Virus record (IMG/VR): IMGVR_UViG_3300020581_000009
Span: 22,611-86,610 of that record
DNA length: 64,000 nt
Direction: 5' to 3' (one strand)
From: a virus
Lineage: Duplodnaviria; Heunggongvirae; Uroviricota; Caudoviricetes
Shown here: in pieces, positions 9,714 to 18,921 of the stretch
Layout: the number at the start of each line of letters is the position of its first letter
How positions within the stretch are numbered: the stretch's first letter is position 1
Made by a program: the position numbers and the translations under genes
Notes under the pieces: generated by a model
The model's database searches: none
Told to the model about the DNA's origin: nothing
What the model saw: only the letters and a program-made list of their open reading frames with translations

Positions 9714-9994
9714 GACCGAGGATCGTACTCAGTCTGCCGGGTACTGGCATCCGTCCTTAGCCTGTGATCTGAATCGTCGTCGCCCGAATCAACCCAGTAA
9801 TCGTCGCCAACGTAATCGCTTCTTAGTGTCCGGGTAGACCACCTCCACCCTGCACGGGCAATCCGCTCTAGTTCGCGGTCCCTCTCCGCTGCAACCTCGT
9901 CAGGATCGGTGTCCTCCCTAATCCTACGATCAGCCCTGCGGTCTATGTTGTCGCGACTCATGCTTATGCCCTCAATGAACACAAACCGTAACAC
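9641..9994 (-). CDS. hypothetical protein with DnaJ-like CxxCxGxG zinc-finger repeat
   Basis: CLMCHGSGCVACGGSG near C-terminus; acidic N-terminal region. Confidence 0.35.
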   Translation of the reverse strand: MLRFVFIEGISMSRDNIDRRADRRIREDTDPDEVAAERDRELERIARAGWRWSTRTLRSDYVGDDYWVDSGDDDSDHRLRTDASTRQTEYDPRSCLMCHGSGCVACGGSGYSPRRGR

Positions 9995-10310
9995 ACCATT
10001 GGTGAGGACGCAACCCGCAAAAAATCAGAAAATATTTTTTGGAAATCGGAGTAGTTCGTACAGCGTTCTAGCCCCGCAAGGGCTAATCCTCCATGCAAAT
10101 CACAAAACCTGCGCTAGAAGATACCCAGCCAAGATAAAAATAATGGCGAGCCCAATAGCCATCCGACCAGATAACGTAAGCGTGTAATGCGGGTACATCA
10201 TTGGTTCTCCAGAGTTTTTGGAAAAATATCATACATTAGGGAGGGGGCCACGAAGGCATCGGCTCGCCGGCCGCAGGGGGGGGGTGGCCTTCGATCTGTG
10301 CATACGTGCC

Positions 10311-10910
10311 CTAGCCCGTGCCGTCTGTGGCTGAGGTCTGGCGCATCGCGCGTAGCTCTGCCTCGGTCAGTCGGACGCCGCCTGCCTTGGTGCCGTCGAT
10401 GATGTCGAGCCTTGGTGCATCAGCGTCTGGTGTGCCGTTGAGCCTGCACACGTATGGCCTCCATGTGGTGTTGCGTATGTCTACCCATGTCTTGAGGCAT
10501 CTGTCACAGATCCAGGTGTACTCGGTCCCGTTCACTGGGTGGCGGAGGCATGGGCCGTTAGCCTGTCGGTCGGCTGTGGATGCGGTGGCGCGGCGGCGAG
10601 ACTCGACGACATCGAGCGCCACCCAAGCTAGGCCGATACACTCATCCATGGTCAGGCCATCGCTCGACACCTTGTGCATGGCGTTGGCGGCGATGTTCGC
10701 CTCTTCCTGCGTCGGGTGACGCACTGGCCGATGGCTTGCGGTCATGGCGTCCTCTAGCTCGGCTGACGTTATGATATTGTCCCGTACACGATTGCGCACA
10801 CTCTCGGCGGCGGCGAGTGCGGCAGCGGCCATGTCCCTCCATGGAAAGAACCTCTCGCGCGGATCCATCATGGCCTCGGTCGCTGCGTCTATCTCGGCTT
10901 GTGTCGGCAT
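10311..10910 (-). CDS. hypothetical protein
   Basis: 199-aa ORF. Confidence 0.45.
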   Translation of the reverse strand: MPTQAEIDAATEAMMDPRERFFPWRDMAAAALAAAESVRNRVRDNIITSAELEDAMTASHRPVRHPTQEEANIAANAMHKVSSDGLTMDECIGLAWVALDVVESRRRATASTADRQANGPCLRHPVNGTEYTWICDRCLKTWVDIRNTTWRPYVCRLNGTPDADAPRLDIIDGTKAGGVRLTEAELRAMRQTSATDGTG

Positions 10911-10950
10911 GGTTCTATCCTATCACGTAGTTGATGGATGGATGACGGCG

Positions 10951-11277
10951 CTACTTGGCACCCTTTAGGAGCGACCCAGGTGCAGCCATGTTGCGCCACG
11001 ACTCACGCGGCTTGGCGCGAGGTGGCGGCACGATTGGAGTATCCATCGGATCCGGTCGAGGTGAGGCGTAGAATGGCGGCAAGCCCAGCGACAAGAGTAA
11101 TGTTTCGCGCGTCTGGAGATCGGAGTCCTCCCATGCGGTCTGCAATGCCTGGGCTGTGCCAACCTTTCGCAACTCCGTCTTGGGCTTCGCCTTCTTGGCT
11201 CGGTGCGCCTTAGCTCGCTCGGCTCCAGTCATGGGCTTGTCGCCCTTCGGTTTGCGCGGCATTTTGTTACGATCCAT
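10951..11277 (-). CDS. hypothetical basic protein
   Basis: Lys/Arg-rich N-terminus; iteron-like repeat array directly upstream. Confidence 0.4.
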   Translation of the reverse strand: MDRNKMPRKPKGDKPMTGAERAKAHRAKKAKPKTELRKVGTAQALQTAWEDSDLQTRETLLLSLGLPPFYASPRPDPMDTPIVPPPRAKPRESWRNMAAPGSLLKGAK

Positions 11278-11340
11278 TCGTTACGTTACGGGTTTCGTTA
11301 CTCATATCGTTACTCATATCGTTACTGTGTGCTCGTAACG
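11262..11340. repeat. cluster of at least 6 CGTTAC direct repeats including a perfect 12-bp tandem TCATATCGTTAC x2
   Basis: tcgttacgttacgggtttcgttactcatatcgttactcatatcgttactgtgtgctcgtaacg; iteron/operator-like, in promoter region of 10951-11277. Confidence 0.6.
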
Positions 11341-11347
11341 CAATACG

Positions 11348-11890
11348 CTAGTTCAGCTTGTCTTTGTCCTTGTCACGTACAACACCGATCTGCAACGGCT
11401 GCGGCGATGTCAGCGAAGCCGGCGCGTCCACACCTAACGCCTGGAGATCCTTCAGGATTTCGTTACGTAGCTCGTCCGTGGTCATCGTTGCGGTGAGACT
11501 CCGCACGTCCGACTTGATCTCGCGTTTGTTGGTGAATACCTCGCCCATTTCCTTTGCAGCTTGCTCCATTAGCTCGGCGGCGAGCTTCACATTCTTGCGG
11601 CCGATGGCGATGACGCAGAGCTTATGCAACTCCTTCAGCCGATATGCCTTATTGGCTATCCCGATGGAATCGGTGCTCTCTAGGAACCGCTTGCGCTCGG
11701 CATGGAATAGCTCAAGCCACTGTTTTGCCGCACGAAAATTGACCGTATCAGGGTGATATCCATACAGTTGTTGAGTGCTCGCGTCGATCCCAAACTCTTC
11801 CTTTAATTCTCGCGCCGTCTCCGATACGGAAGCAAATCGGGCAAATGCACGTATAACGAAAGCTTTATGTTCTGCGGTGAGCCGGGCCAT
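11348..11890 (-). CDS. phage DNA-binding protein (DUF2280-like N-terminus; possible terminase small subunit family)
   Basis: MARLTAEHKAFVIRAFARFASVSETARELKEEFGID resembles DUF2280 N-terminal HTH; identity tentative. Confidence 0.35.
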   Translation of the reverse strand: MARLTAEHKAFVIRAFARFASVSETARELKEEFGIDASTQQLYGYHPDTVNFRAAKQWLELFHAERKRFLESTDSIGIANKAYRLKELHKLCVIAIGRKNVKLAAELMEQAAKEMGEVFTNKREIKSDVRSLTATMTTDELRNEILKDLQALGVDAPASLTSPQPLQIGVVRDKDKDKLN

Positions 11891-12178
11891 TTTTCATGAT
11901 TGTCGCGCGTTTGATACGAATGGCCCCATTTCCTAGCCGATTATCCCCGAAATGTCTACAGTGCGTATCTGCTTACTTTTCAACGGCCGGCAATGTGCAG
12001 ATTGTGTGTGCGACATATCTCGATTATATCCTGGTGGTGAGGTTTAGCGGATTGCGCCGGTACCGCTCCAATTCAGCCCATAGGCATTCAAATGATTCTG
12101 GCGTGAGGTCTGTTATCTTATGGTTGCTCCATGTCTGCATTAGAACCGATTGCATGGATTCGTCACCAAAATCAACGG

Positions 12179-12517
12179 TCACCGTCGCACCCGCTCAAAC
12201 TCATCCAGCCACTTCGCCGCGACCGTGGCAAGCGTCTTGTCGAGCGACTCAATCCCGTCTGCGATCCGCTTGATGTCGGCGGCAACCTGCGAATCAATCG
12301 TGTGCGTGGCAAGTCTGAGGTCGGTCGGCGCATCGGCTGTGTGCTTGGCAAACTCTGCCAGCTTCTCCGCGCGCATCCGCGTTGCCTCGGCCAGTAGCTT
12401 TGCGTCGGTGCCGTGGTCGAGGTGCTTTGATTCGGGGTGCTTTCGTGGATCGGTGGCCTTGGGTGCCTCAACTGTCTCGGCCGTAGTCGTATCAGGCATG
12501 GATTGATTCCCTGTCAT
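12179..12517 (-). CDS. hypothetical coiled-coil protein
   Basis: ORF; ATGA overlap with upstream ORF. Confidence 0.4.
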   Translation of the reverse strand: MTGNQSMPDTTTAETVEAPKATDPRKHPESKHLDHGTDAKLLAEATRMRAEKLAEFAKHTADAPTDLRLATHTIDSQVAADIKRIADGIESLDKTLATVAAKWLDEFERVRR

Positions 12518-12729
12518 GTGGTGGTCTGTGTCGAGGGGGGCGGCTGAATCTCGCGGTCGGCAAAGTCCCGTAGCGCCATGCTGGTGGAGATTAGCGTCTC
12601 GAATGCGGTGTCACTGTCTAGCGCGTCAAAGGCCGTCCTAGCGTCACGCCATGCCCTCACAAGCCGTTCTAATTCGTAGAGCCGATCCGACTCCTCAACG
12701 CTTATGAGCGGCATTGCAGCTAATCCCAT
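12514..12729 (-). CDS. hypothetical protein
   Basis: internal Met MGLAAMPL chosen; longer listed ORF probably over-extended. Confidence 0.3.
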   Translation of the reverse strand: MGLAAMPLISVEESDRLYELERLVRAWRDARTAFDALDSDTAFETLISTSMALRDFADREIQPPPSTQTTT

Positions 12730-13346
12730 TTCATCGGCGCATCTTGTAGCACGAGGGCAGAGCGGAGTCCAGTTGACTCGCCTAATTGCTGGCTGTAAAA
12801 AGAAATGGCCGGCTCGTGATGGTCTCACGGCCGGCCCGATCCGCAGCGGCTTTTGAAGAGGGTTGTCTGCGAACCACGATATCAAGATATAAACATTTAC
12901 TTATATCTAGATATGGTGTCAAGGTCGAAAAACCCTCAGCCCGGACTTTTTTTGTCCGATCGAGCCAAGCCATCCCCGCAGACCCGGTGCCGCGCGCCAG
13001 CGGTGCATAAGCGCGCGGGCCGTGGGGATAGCCCGAACAAAACAATTCCAGGCTCCGTCGCCCCCTGACGCCCTGGGCCTACAAACCGAGCACCCCTCGG
13101 GAACGGTTGTTGGCATGATGGCCCGCTAGTTGACGGCCATTATGGGCGGGAGCCGAAAAAGTCCCGCTGCACTAGTCCGGCTTGCCGGTAAAAGGCACTG
13201 AGTATGCGGGCACACAATTTGTGCCTCCCCCTCACTAGGGGCCATAGATGGTCTAACCACCATTTGTGGGCAGAAAAGGGGGAACTATGGCTATATATAG
13301 TAGGCCAAAGAAAAGTGGCACAATCTGCGACATTTCTCTTGCATCG

Positions 13347-13368
13347 TACCGTGCAATATGCTCTATGG
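13347..13368. promoter_or_regulatory. conserved promoter/operator-like motif CCGTGCAATATGCTCTATGG
   Basis: 14/14 identity CAATATGCTCTATG with 16244-16257, both followed by ACTGCGAG. Confidence 0.45.
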
Positions 13369-13401
13369 GAGAAGTTAGAACCAACTGCGAGGAATACAGC
13401 C

Positions 13402-13818
13402 ATGAAGCACGATAGCATTTACCACCTTGCCGCCGCTGGCATTAAAATCGAGGACGCGGTGGCGCTCCGCCGAATCTCCATGACCTTGCACCGCTGGCAC
13501 GAGTTGGAGTGCGGCGACGGCAATAACTACGGTTCATGGGCAATCGAGCGCGACGACGAATCCGAAAAGCCGTACATGGTTCACCACCACTACAGGCACG
13601 GCCAAGGCCAAGACTCGGTTTCGCGCACGGCCATCCCCGATCGGGAAATGGGCGCACGCAAGCGGCTCGGCAAAATCATGGCCGGCTATCCGGGCTTTGC
13701 TGCTTACGTCCAGACGGACCCGCGCGGGTGCGCGCTCTATGTTCTGCGTCCCGGCGACGTGCCGGCCGATGCCGCCATCGACTCTTGCTACAATCGCGGT
13801 ATTGCGGTGTACAAATGA
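13402..13818 (+). CDS. hypothetical protein
   Basis: ATG preceded by AACTGCGAGGAATACAGCC leader; upstream conserved promoter-like motif. Confidence 0.5.
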   Translation: MKHDSIYHLAAAGIKIEDAVALRRISMTLHRWHELECGDGNNYGSWAIERDDESEKPYMVHHHYRHGQGQDSVSRTAIPDREMGARKRLGKIMAGYPGFAAYVQTDPRGCALYVLRPGDVPADAAIDSCYNRGIAVYK

Positions 13819-14009
13819 GCGAGAATACGCTCCGATATTGGTGCGAACACGCTCTCGCTGCAGACCAAAAGACCATCGCAGAGCGCAAATGGTCCGCGCC
13901 GGTCAAAGCGCCCAAGCCGCAAAAGCCTTGCGACATTGGACTCTTTAGCGATGACGCGAATCAACTCGACTTGTGCGAAATGTTCCAACTGCCAACAAAT
14001 GAGGCGTGA
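13815..14009 (+). CDS. hypothetical small protein
   Basis: ATGA overlap. Confidence 0.4.
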   Translation: MSENTLRYWCEHALAADQKTIAERKWSAPVKAPKPQKPCDIGLFSDDANQLDLCEMFQLPTNEA

Positions 14010-14141
14010 TATGGCAAAGACTGTAGGCGGGTCATATAAAGGTGGAAGCTGCACCGAGGTTGATAGCATCGCTCGGACGTGCGACCGCGAAACCGCAATC
14101 CGCCGACTAGACTTCAACAACCAACCTGCGAGGATACGAAT

Positions 14142-14618
14142 ATGAATATCGAGCCAGTGTCACAAAACTACCTCTGCGGCGATTGTCCCGATTGCGGCAA
14201 TCCAATTCCAGAGTCGGCCGTTCACGGTGATGCGTGCGACAACTGCGGCCATGTATTCCTTCATGCCGATTGCATCTGCCTGGACGGGCATTTCGATGCC
14301 AAGTGTCCCGTTCACATGGCGGGCGGCAACGCGGCGATACCCCACCCGAACACGGACGAATGCACGGCGGCGTGCAATAACGCGGTGCCCGATATGGACC
14401 GGCCATATTGTGAGATTTGCGGCGAGTCACACGCCACATGGAAAATGGAGGATGTTGGCGTCTGTGATGATTGCTTTGCGGATGAGTGCCGCGAAGCTCT
14501 CTTCCCGGTGCTCGGCAAGCGCTGCTGCGCCGTCTACTGTCAGCCAGTCACAAAACAGCCCGCGATTTGCCTCGCTATGTACGGTCAAGAGCACACACAC
14601 GGCGAGGTCGTGCGATGA
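14142..14618 (+). CDS. cysteine-rich (multiple CxxC) putative zinc-binding protein
   Basis: about 20 Cys in 158 aa (CGDCPDCG, CDNCGH, CEICGESH, CDDCFADEC); CCTGCGAGGA leader before ATG. Confidence 0.5.
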   Translation: MNIEPVSQNYLCGDCPDCGNPIPESAVHGDACDNCGHVFLHADCICLDGHFDAKCPVHMAGGNAAIPHPNTDECTAACNNAVPDMDRPYCEICGESHATWKMEDVGVCDDCFADECREALFPVLGKRCCAVYCQPVTKQPAICLAMYGQEHTHGEVVR

Positions 14619-16198
14619 CGCGCTCACAGAAAATCGCCGCCGAGTTAACGCACTGTTTCAGGGCAAGGCATCCCCTCCTTTGGATAATTACGAGAGAGGA
14701 AGCCAGAGTCGAGCGCTACATTCACGAAGCTGCCGCAAATGCAGCCTACATTACCCGGTCATGGGACGTTGCCCAAGGCGTCACGGAGATCGGCGGTAAA
14801 CCCCCTGCCAGGGCGATAGGCTCCAAGGATCCCGGCGAAATGCTCGACGCCATCATGGCGCGGGCAATGACCGAAACCGGCCCGGAGCGCGCCGTCTGGA
14901 TCATGCGAGACTTGCCGGCGTGGCTAGTGGGTCCGTCCGGCATTGTAACGCTTCGCCAGCTTCGCAATCTGGCGAGGGCGCTACCTGGGAGGCCACGGGA
15001 TTCGGCGCAAGCGTTGGTCGTTATTAGCCCGTCTGGCGAGGTTCCGCCGGAACTGGCGTCTCATGCGACCGTCATCGAATGGCCATTGCCTGATCGGGAA
15101 GAGATTGCCGCCATACTTGATGCGGCTATCGGTGCTCTCCCCGAGGACATCAAGGCCAGTGCCGCCCCGAACGGGACGCGGGACGCTGCTATTGACGCGG
15201 CAATCGGATTGAGCGGCGAAGAGGCGGCGGCGTGCTATGCCAAGTCGCTCGTGCAGCTTAGGCGGATCGATGTCGCCACGGTGGCAAATGAGAAAAAGAG
15301 AGTTATCGCTCGCGAGCGCGTCCTCGAATGGGTGGAACCGATTGAAGCCGGAATGGACGCAGTTGGGGGGCTGGAAAACCTCAAACAATGGCTATTGGTG
15401 CGCGGCACAGCATACAGCGCCAAAGCACGCGCCTACGGACTTCCGTCCCCGCGCGGGATTCTCTTGGGTGGCATTTCTGGCTGTGGCAAATCATTGACTC
15501 CGAAGGCGCTTGCAAAGGCCTGGAAATGCCCGCTATTGCGCCTCGATATGGGCGCTCTAAAATCCAAATTTGTTGGCGAATCGGAAACCAATTTAAGGAA
15601 GGCGCTAAAGGTTGCCGAGGCCACGGGGAAATGTATATTGTGGATAGATGAAATTGAAAAAGCCTTGCAGGGAGCCACTTCCGGCGCATCTGATGGTGGC
15701 GTTTCGTCGGATGCTTTGGGCGCCTTGCTCTCGTGGATGCAAGAGCGCACAAGCGAGACATTTATCGTTGCTACGGCTAATGATGTCTCAATTTTGCCCC
15801 CCGAGCTTTTACGCCGCTTCGATAAAACTTGGTGGATCGACTTGCCAACTCTTGTCGAGCGGACTGACATTCTCGCGGCTGCGTTGCGCGTCCACAAGCG
15901 CGGCGATGTCCTCGAATACAGCGATTGGTCAAAGGTCGCCGCCGCTTGCCCAGGCTTCACGGGCGTAGAGGTTGCCGATCTTGTGCCGGCCGCACTATTC
16001 GCGGCATTCTCAGAGGATGGCAGGGAAATCGAGACTGCGGACCTTTTGGAAGCAATAAAGTTCGTTTCGCCTTTGAGTGTGACTGCCAAGGAGAAAATCG
16101 AGTCCCTCCGTCAATGGGGACGGACACGCGCTCAACCGGCCAGTGCCGTGGCTCAGGTCGAAACCGTCTCAATCGGTGGGCGGGCGCTAGATTTCTAG
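14615..16198 (+). CDS. AAA+ ATPase (classic AAA clade) with about 290-aa N-terminal domain of unknown function
   Basis: Walker A GGISGCGKS, Walker B ILWIDEIE, sensor-1 VATAN, SRH/arginine finger LLRRFD; ATGA overlap with upstream gene. Confidence 0.8.
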   Translation: MTRSQKIAAELTHCFRARHPLLWIITREEARVERYIHEAAANAAYITRSWDVAQGVTEIGGKPPARAIGSKDPGEMLDAIMARAMTETGPERAVWIMRDLPAWLVGPSGIVTLRQLRNLARALPGRPRDSAQALVVISPSGEVPPELASHATVIEWPLPDREEIAAILDAAIGALPEDIKASAAPNGTRDAAIDAAIGLSGEEAAACYAKSLVQLRRIDVATVANEKKRVIARERVLEWVEPIEAGMDAVGGLENLKQWLLVRGTAYSAKARAYGLPSPRGILLGGISGCGKSLTPKALAKAWKCPLLRLDMGALKSKFVGESETNLRKALKVAEATGKCILWIDEIEKALQGATSGASDGGVSSDALGALLSWMQERTSETFIVATANDVSILPPELLRRFDKTWWIDLPTLVERTDILAAALRVHKRGDVLEYSDWSKVAAACPGFTGVEVADLVPAALFAAFSEDGREIETADLLEAIKFVSPLSVTAKEKIESLRQWGRTRAQPASAVAQVETVSIGGRALDF

Positions 16199-16206
16199 CC
16201 CAAAGT

Positions 16207-16257
16207 GTCACGGAGTGTAACTTTCCGCTTGTGCGCTCCGTGACAATATGCTCTATG
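16207..16257. promoter_or_regulatory. palindrome GTCACGGAG-N20-CTCCGTGAC overlapping conserved motif CCGTGACAATATGCTCTATG
   Basis: 9-bp perfect inverted repeat; motif shared with 13347-13368. Confidence 0.45.
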
Positions 16258-16304
16258 TTACAGACTGCGAGTTGAACCCACAACGAATCAAATAGGAGAA
16301 TGTC

Positions 16305-17198
16305 ATGGTACTCGAAACGGCTACCCTGCGCCCAGGTTTGCTGGTGAGCCTTAAGACTTCGGTCACTGGCAATGTCTCGTACATCAAGCGCGACATCGAG
16401 ACAGACCACGTTACCGAGGACGGCCACCTTGCCGCCAAATGGGAAACGGAACGGACTATCGTTGATCCGGGCGAGCATGAGGCGGCGATTAAGGTCCGGT
16501 CGAAGGCTCGGGCTCTCGTGACCGGATCGTGCGTCGCCTCTGCTTTCGGTCTCTTGTGTCCCGAGTCGGGTGCCGGCAATCTCGAATTGGCGATTGCCGA
16601 GGCACGCAGGCTTACGGATGCGTTCAATGCCGAGGCACGGCTAACCCGCGTGTCGGTCTATGTCATTGCCGGCAGGGTCGCGGCGAACGATGGCGAGGCC
16701 ACCAAGGCGATCAACTCCGAGGTCCGCGATCTCTTGGAGGACATGAAGCAAGGTATCGCGAATCTTGACGTTGGTGTGATTCGCGCCGCAGCGAACAAGG
16801 CCCGCGCAATCGGTGCCATGCTTGCGCCGGATGCCTCTGAGCGCGTTAAGGTGGCGATTGAAGCTGCCCGGTCGGTAGCTCGCAAGATTGTCCAGGCCGG
16901 CGAGACTGCGGCGCAAGAGGTTGACCACCAAGCGATCCGGGTCATCGCAGAATCGAGGACGGCCTTTCTCGATTTGGATGAGCCGACGATCAGCGCGGAC
17001 GCGGCGGAAGTCCTGGCCGATGAGGCGCGGGCCGTTGACTTTGCGCCGGCAGATGACGACGCGGTTACGCAGGCCAAGTCCGATGAGGGCGGCGTTGACC
17101 TTGTGTTCGATGAATCGGAGGCAAGGACGCAGGCGGAAGCGGCTGCGAAAGCGGCTGATGCGGCGATGTCCACCGTCCCGCAATTCGAGATGGAATAG
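16305..17198 (+). CDS. hypothetical Ala-rich acidic protein
   Basis: 297-aa ORF. Confidence 0.5.
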   Translation: MVLETATLRPGLLVSLKTSVTGNVSYIKRDIETDHVTEDGHLAAKWETERTIVDPGEHEAAIKVRSKARALVTGSCVASAFGLLCPESGAGNLELAIAEARRLTDAFNAEARLTRVSVYVIAGRVAANDGEATKAINSEVRDLLEDMKQGIANLDVGVIRAAANKARAIGAMLAPDASERVKVAIEAARSVARKIVQAGETAAQEVDHQAIRVIAESRTAFLDLDEPTISADAAEVLADEARAVDFAPADDDAVTQAKSDEGGVDLVFDESEARTQAEAAAKAADAAMSTVPQFEME

Positions 17199-17202
17199 TG
17201 CC

Positions 17203-17541
17203 ATGCCCTGCGATTCCGCAACGCTGCAAGGCCAAACGCTCACAGAGCGCAAAATCGAGGTACGCGAGGCGGTAGAACGTCTCGCGAAGGCCCTCGCCAG
17301 CGGACGCGCTAGGGCCGTTGTGGGACCGCAAGGTGCCATCACGTTCACGGGCGCGGAGTTCTTGGGAGAATATCGCGTCACAGATAATTGTGCGTTCCGC
17401 CGCGTGATGGCAACGGGGTCGGCGTTGGCGCGGAATGCTATCGCCAAGGCCGAAATGATGGCCGGCCGGTCGGTGGATCGGAAGGTCGTCGCGGCTGGTG
17501 TCCATAGCCACGATGGCGTTACGTGGCACGGGAAGGGGTGA
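17203..17541 (+). CDS. hypothetical protein
   Basis: internal ATG just after previous stop. Confidence 0.4.
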   Translation: MPCDSATLQGQTLTERKIEVREAVERLAKALASGRARAVVGPQGAITFTGAEFLGEYRVTDNCAFRRVMATGSALARNAIAKAEMMAGRSVDRKVVAAGVHSHDGVTWHGKG

Positions 17542-17546
17542 CGGAC

Positions 17547-17738
17547 ATGAGAATAAGCCATCGCGAATATCAATCGCTTTCGCCGCGCGAGCAGCAAGAT
17601 TACATTAACTCGATAATCCGTCCCTTCAAGCGGCGTGAAATGATGATCGACCATATCGACGGCGATCCGCGCAACAATGACCCGGCCAATCTGCGTTTGG
17701 TTACGCTGACTGAATCATTTGGCACGAAGACTCGTTAG
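17547..17738 (+). CDS. HNH-like small protein (possibly truncated HNH nuclease)
   Basis: IDHIDGDPRNNDPANLRLVT HNH core motif, lacks distal His. Confidence 0.4.
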   Translation: MRISHREYQSLSPREQQDYINSIIRPFKRREMMIDHIDGDPRNNDPANLRLVTLTESFGTKTR

Positions 17739-17788
17739 TGACTAACTCAGCCGGCCGCGCAAATGCGGCCACAACATGCGAGGACAAC

Positions 17789-18079
17789 ATGACTGCGCAT
17801 ACAGATCCGCTCAAGCTCGAAAACCTGATTTCATGGCTAGAGACAATGCCGCCAGATGAGGAATACAGTTTTTCCAGCCGGGATAACTGTCTCCTGGCAC
17901 AATTCCTCAAGTCATGCGGATGTGAAGAGATATGGGTCGGCGGGTTCACCTTTGATTACGATGACAACAAAGGCGTGCGGATACCCGCCACCCATAGCGA
18001 CATCGCAAGCGAAGGTGAGTACACATTCGGGGCCGCTACGCTGCGGGCTCGTGAGGCTTTCGCTGGCGCCGCGCCCTAA
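17789..18079 (+). CDS. hypothetical protein
   Basis: ATG preceded by CATGCGAGGACAAC leader. Confidence 0.45.
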   Translation: MTAHTDPLKLENLISWLETMPPDEEYSFSSRDNCLLAQFLKSCGCEEIWVGGFTFDYDDNKGVRIPATHSDIASEGEYTFGAATLRAREAFAGAAP

Positions 18080-18363
18080 GCAGCGAGCTTCACCGCACAA
18101 GTACCGCACGCCTGAGAGATAGCCAGCCGGCCGATCTCAGGCGTGCGCGTTCCTGCTTCCACCATAGCGGCGACACGCGGGTCAAACGCACCATACCGAC
18201 GCACAATGGATACAAACTCCGTGACATCGTGGCCTTTCAGGGCGTATTGTGGCGATCCGTCTTTGAGATATTTCGGCTCGCCGTCGCTGTCCAGTGCCAC
18301 GGAACAATGCAAAAGCTCGACTGCCACATTTAACCTGCGAGGACACCATGAACCGGAAAGCAA
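18076..18363 (-). CDS. hypothetical protein (antisense to operon; uncertain)
   Basis: only ORF covering 18080-18347 gap. Confidence 0.2.
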   Translation of the reverse strand: MLSGSWCPRRLNVAVELLHCSVALDSDGEPKYLKDGSPQYALKGHDVTEFVSIVRRYGAFDPRVAAMVEAGTRTPEIGRLAISQACGTCAVKLAA

Positions 18364-18587
18364 CCTACGCCGACGACCGCAAGAAGCGCGTGATCTCCGT
18401 CCACAATGGCCGGTGGGTGGCGCAGAAATTCACCGCCGGCCCGCGCGACGGGAAGGGCTCTAACCGCGTCAGAGGCAACAAGAACGCCCAGGATCACGTT
18501 GATCCGTGGGAGAACATCGCGCCCGTGACCGACGACCGTGCTCGGGCGCTGGCGTCCATCAGTGACAACACGCAGGCGAGGGTGTGA
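18348..18587 (+). CDS. hypothetical protein
   Basis: ATG preceded by CCTGCGAGGACACC leader. Confidence 0.45.
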   Translation: MNRKATYADDRKKRVISVHNGRWVAQKFTAGPRDGKGSNRVRGNKNAQDHVDPWENIAPVTDDRARALASISDNTQARV

Positions 18588-18877
18588 TGATAGACTTCAC
18601 AAGACCCGGACGGATGATTTCGGGATCCAAGACGTGCCCAAAAGGACATGTATGCGTATTCAACGCGAACATCTGTTCAAAATCGCGTGGCAAGTTTTGG
18701 TTTGGCGACATTGACATTACGGCCGATGCCGCCGATCTAAGGGCACTTGCAGCCAAGGAAGGTGAGGAAATCTATATCCTTCGCGAGATGGACGGGCGCT
18801 TCACAAACGAAGAAAAACCTCTACTCCACAAGTCGGTGGCTCGCGTTCACCCTGACGGAACGATAACGATTGGTTAG
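18584..18877 (+). CDS. hypothetical protein
   Basis: ATGA overlap. Confidence 0.45.
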   Translation: MMIDFTRPGRMISGSKTCPKGHVCVFNANICSKSRGKFWFGDIDITADAADLRALAAKEGEEIYILREMDGRFTNEEKPLLHKSVARVHPDGTITIG

Positions 18878-18921
18878 CATCTGGTGCTCCGTGTCCTCGC
18901 AGGCGTAGAGCACCGATGGTC

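Noticed and set aside
11896-12506. several overlapping plus-strand ORFs (11896-12273, 12131-12397, 12150-12506)
   Set aside because: They mutually overlap and are Arg/Ser-rich. The minus-strand pair 12179-12517 and 12514-12729 is more coherent. Coding status of the whole 11.9-13.4 kb region remains uncertain.
16641-17654. 337-aa and 187-aa minus-strand ORFs antisense to 16305-17541
   Set aside because: Arg-rich GC-artifact translation antisense to a coupled plus-strand operon with conserved leaders.
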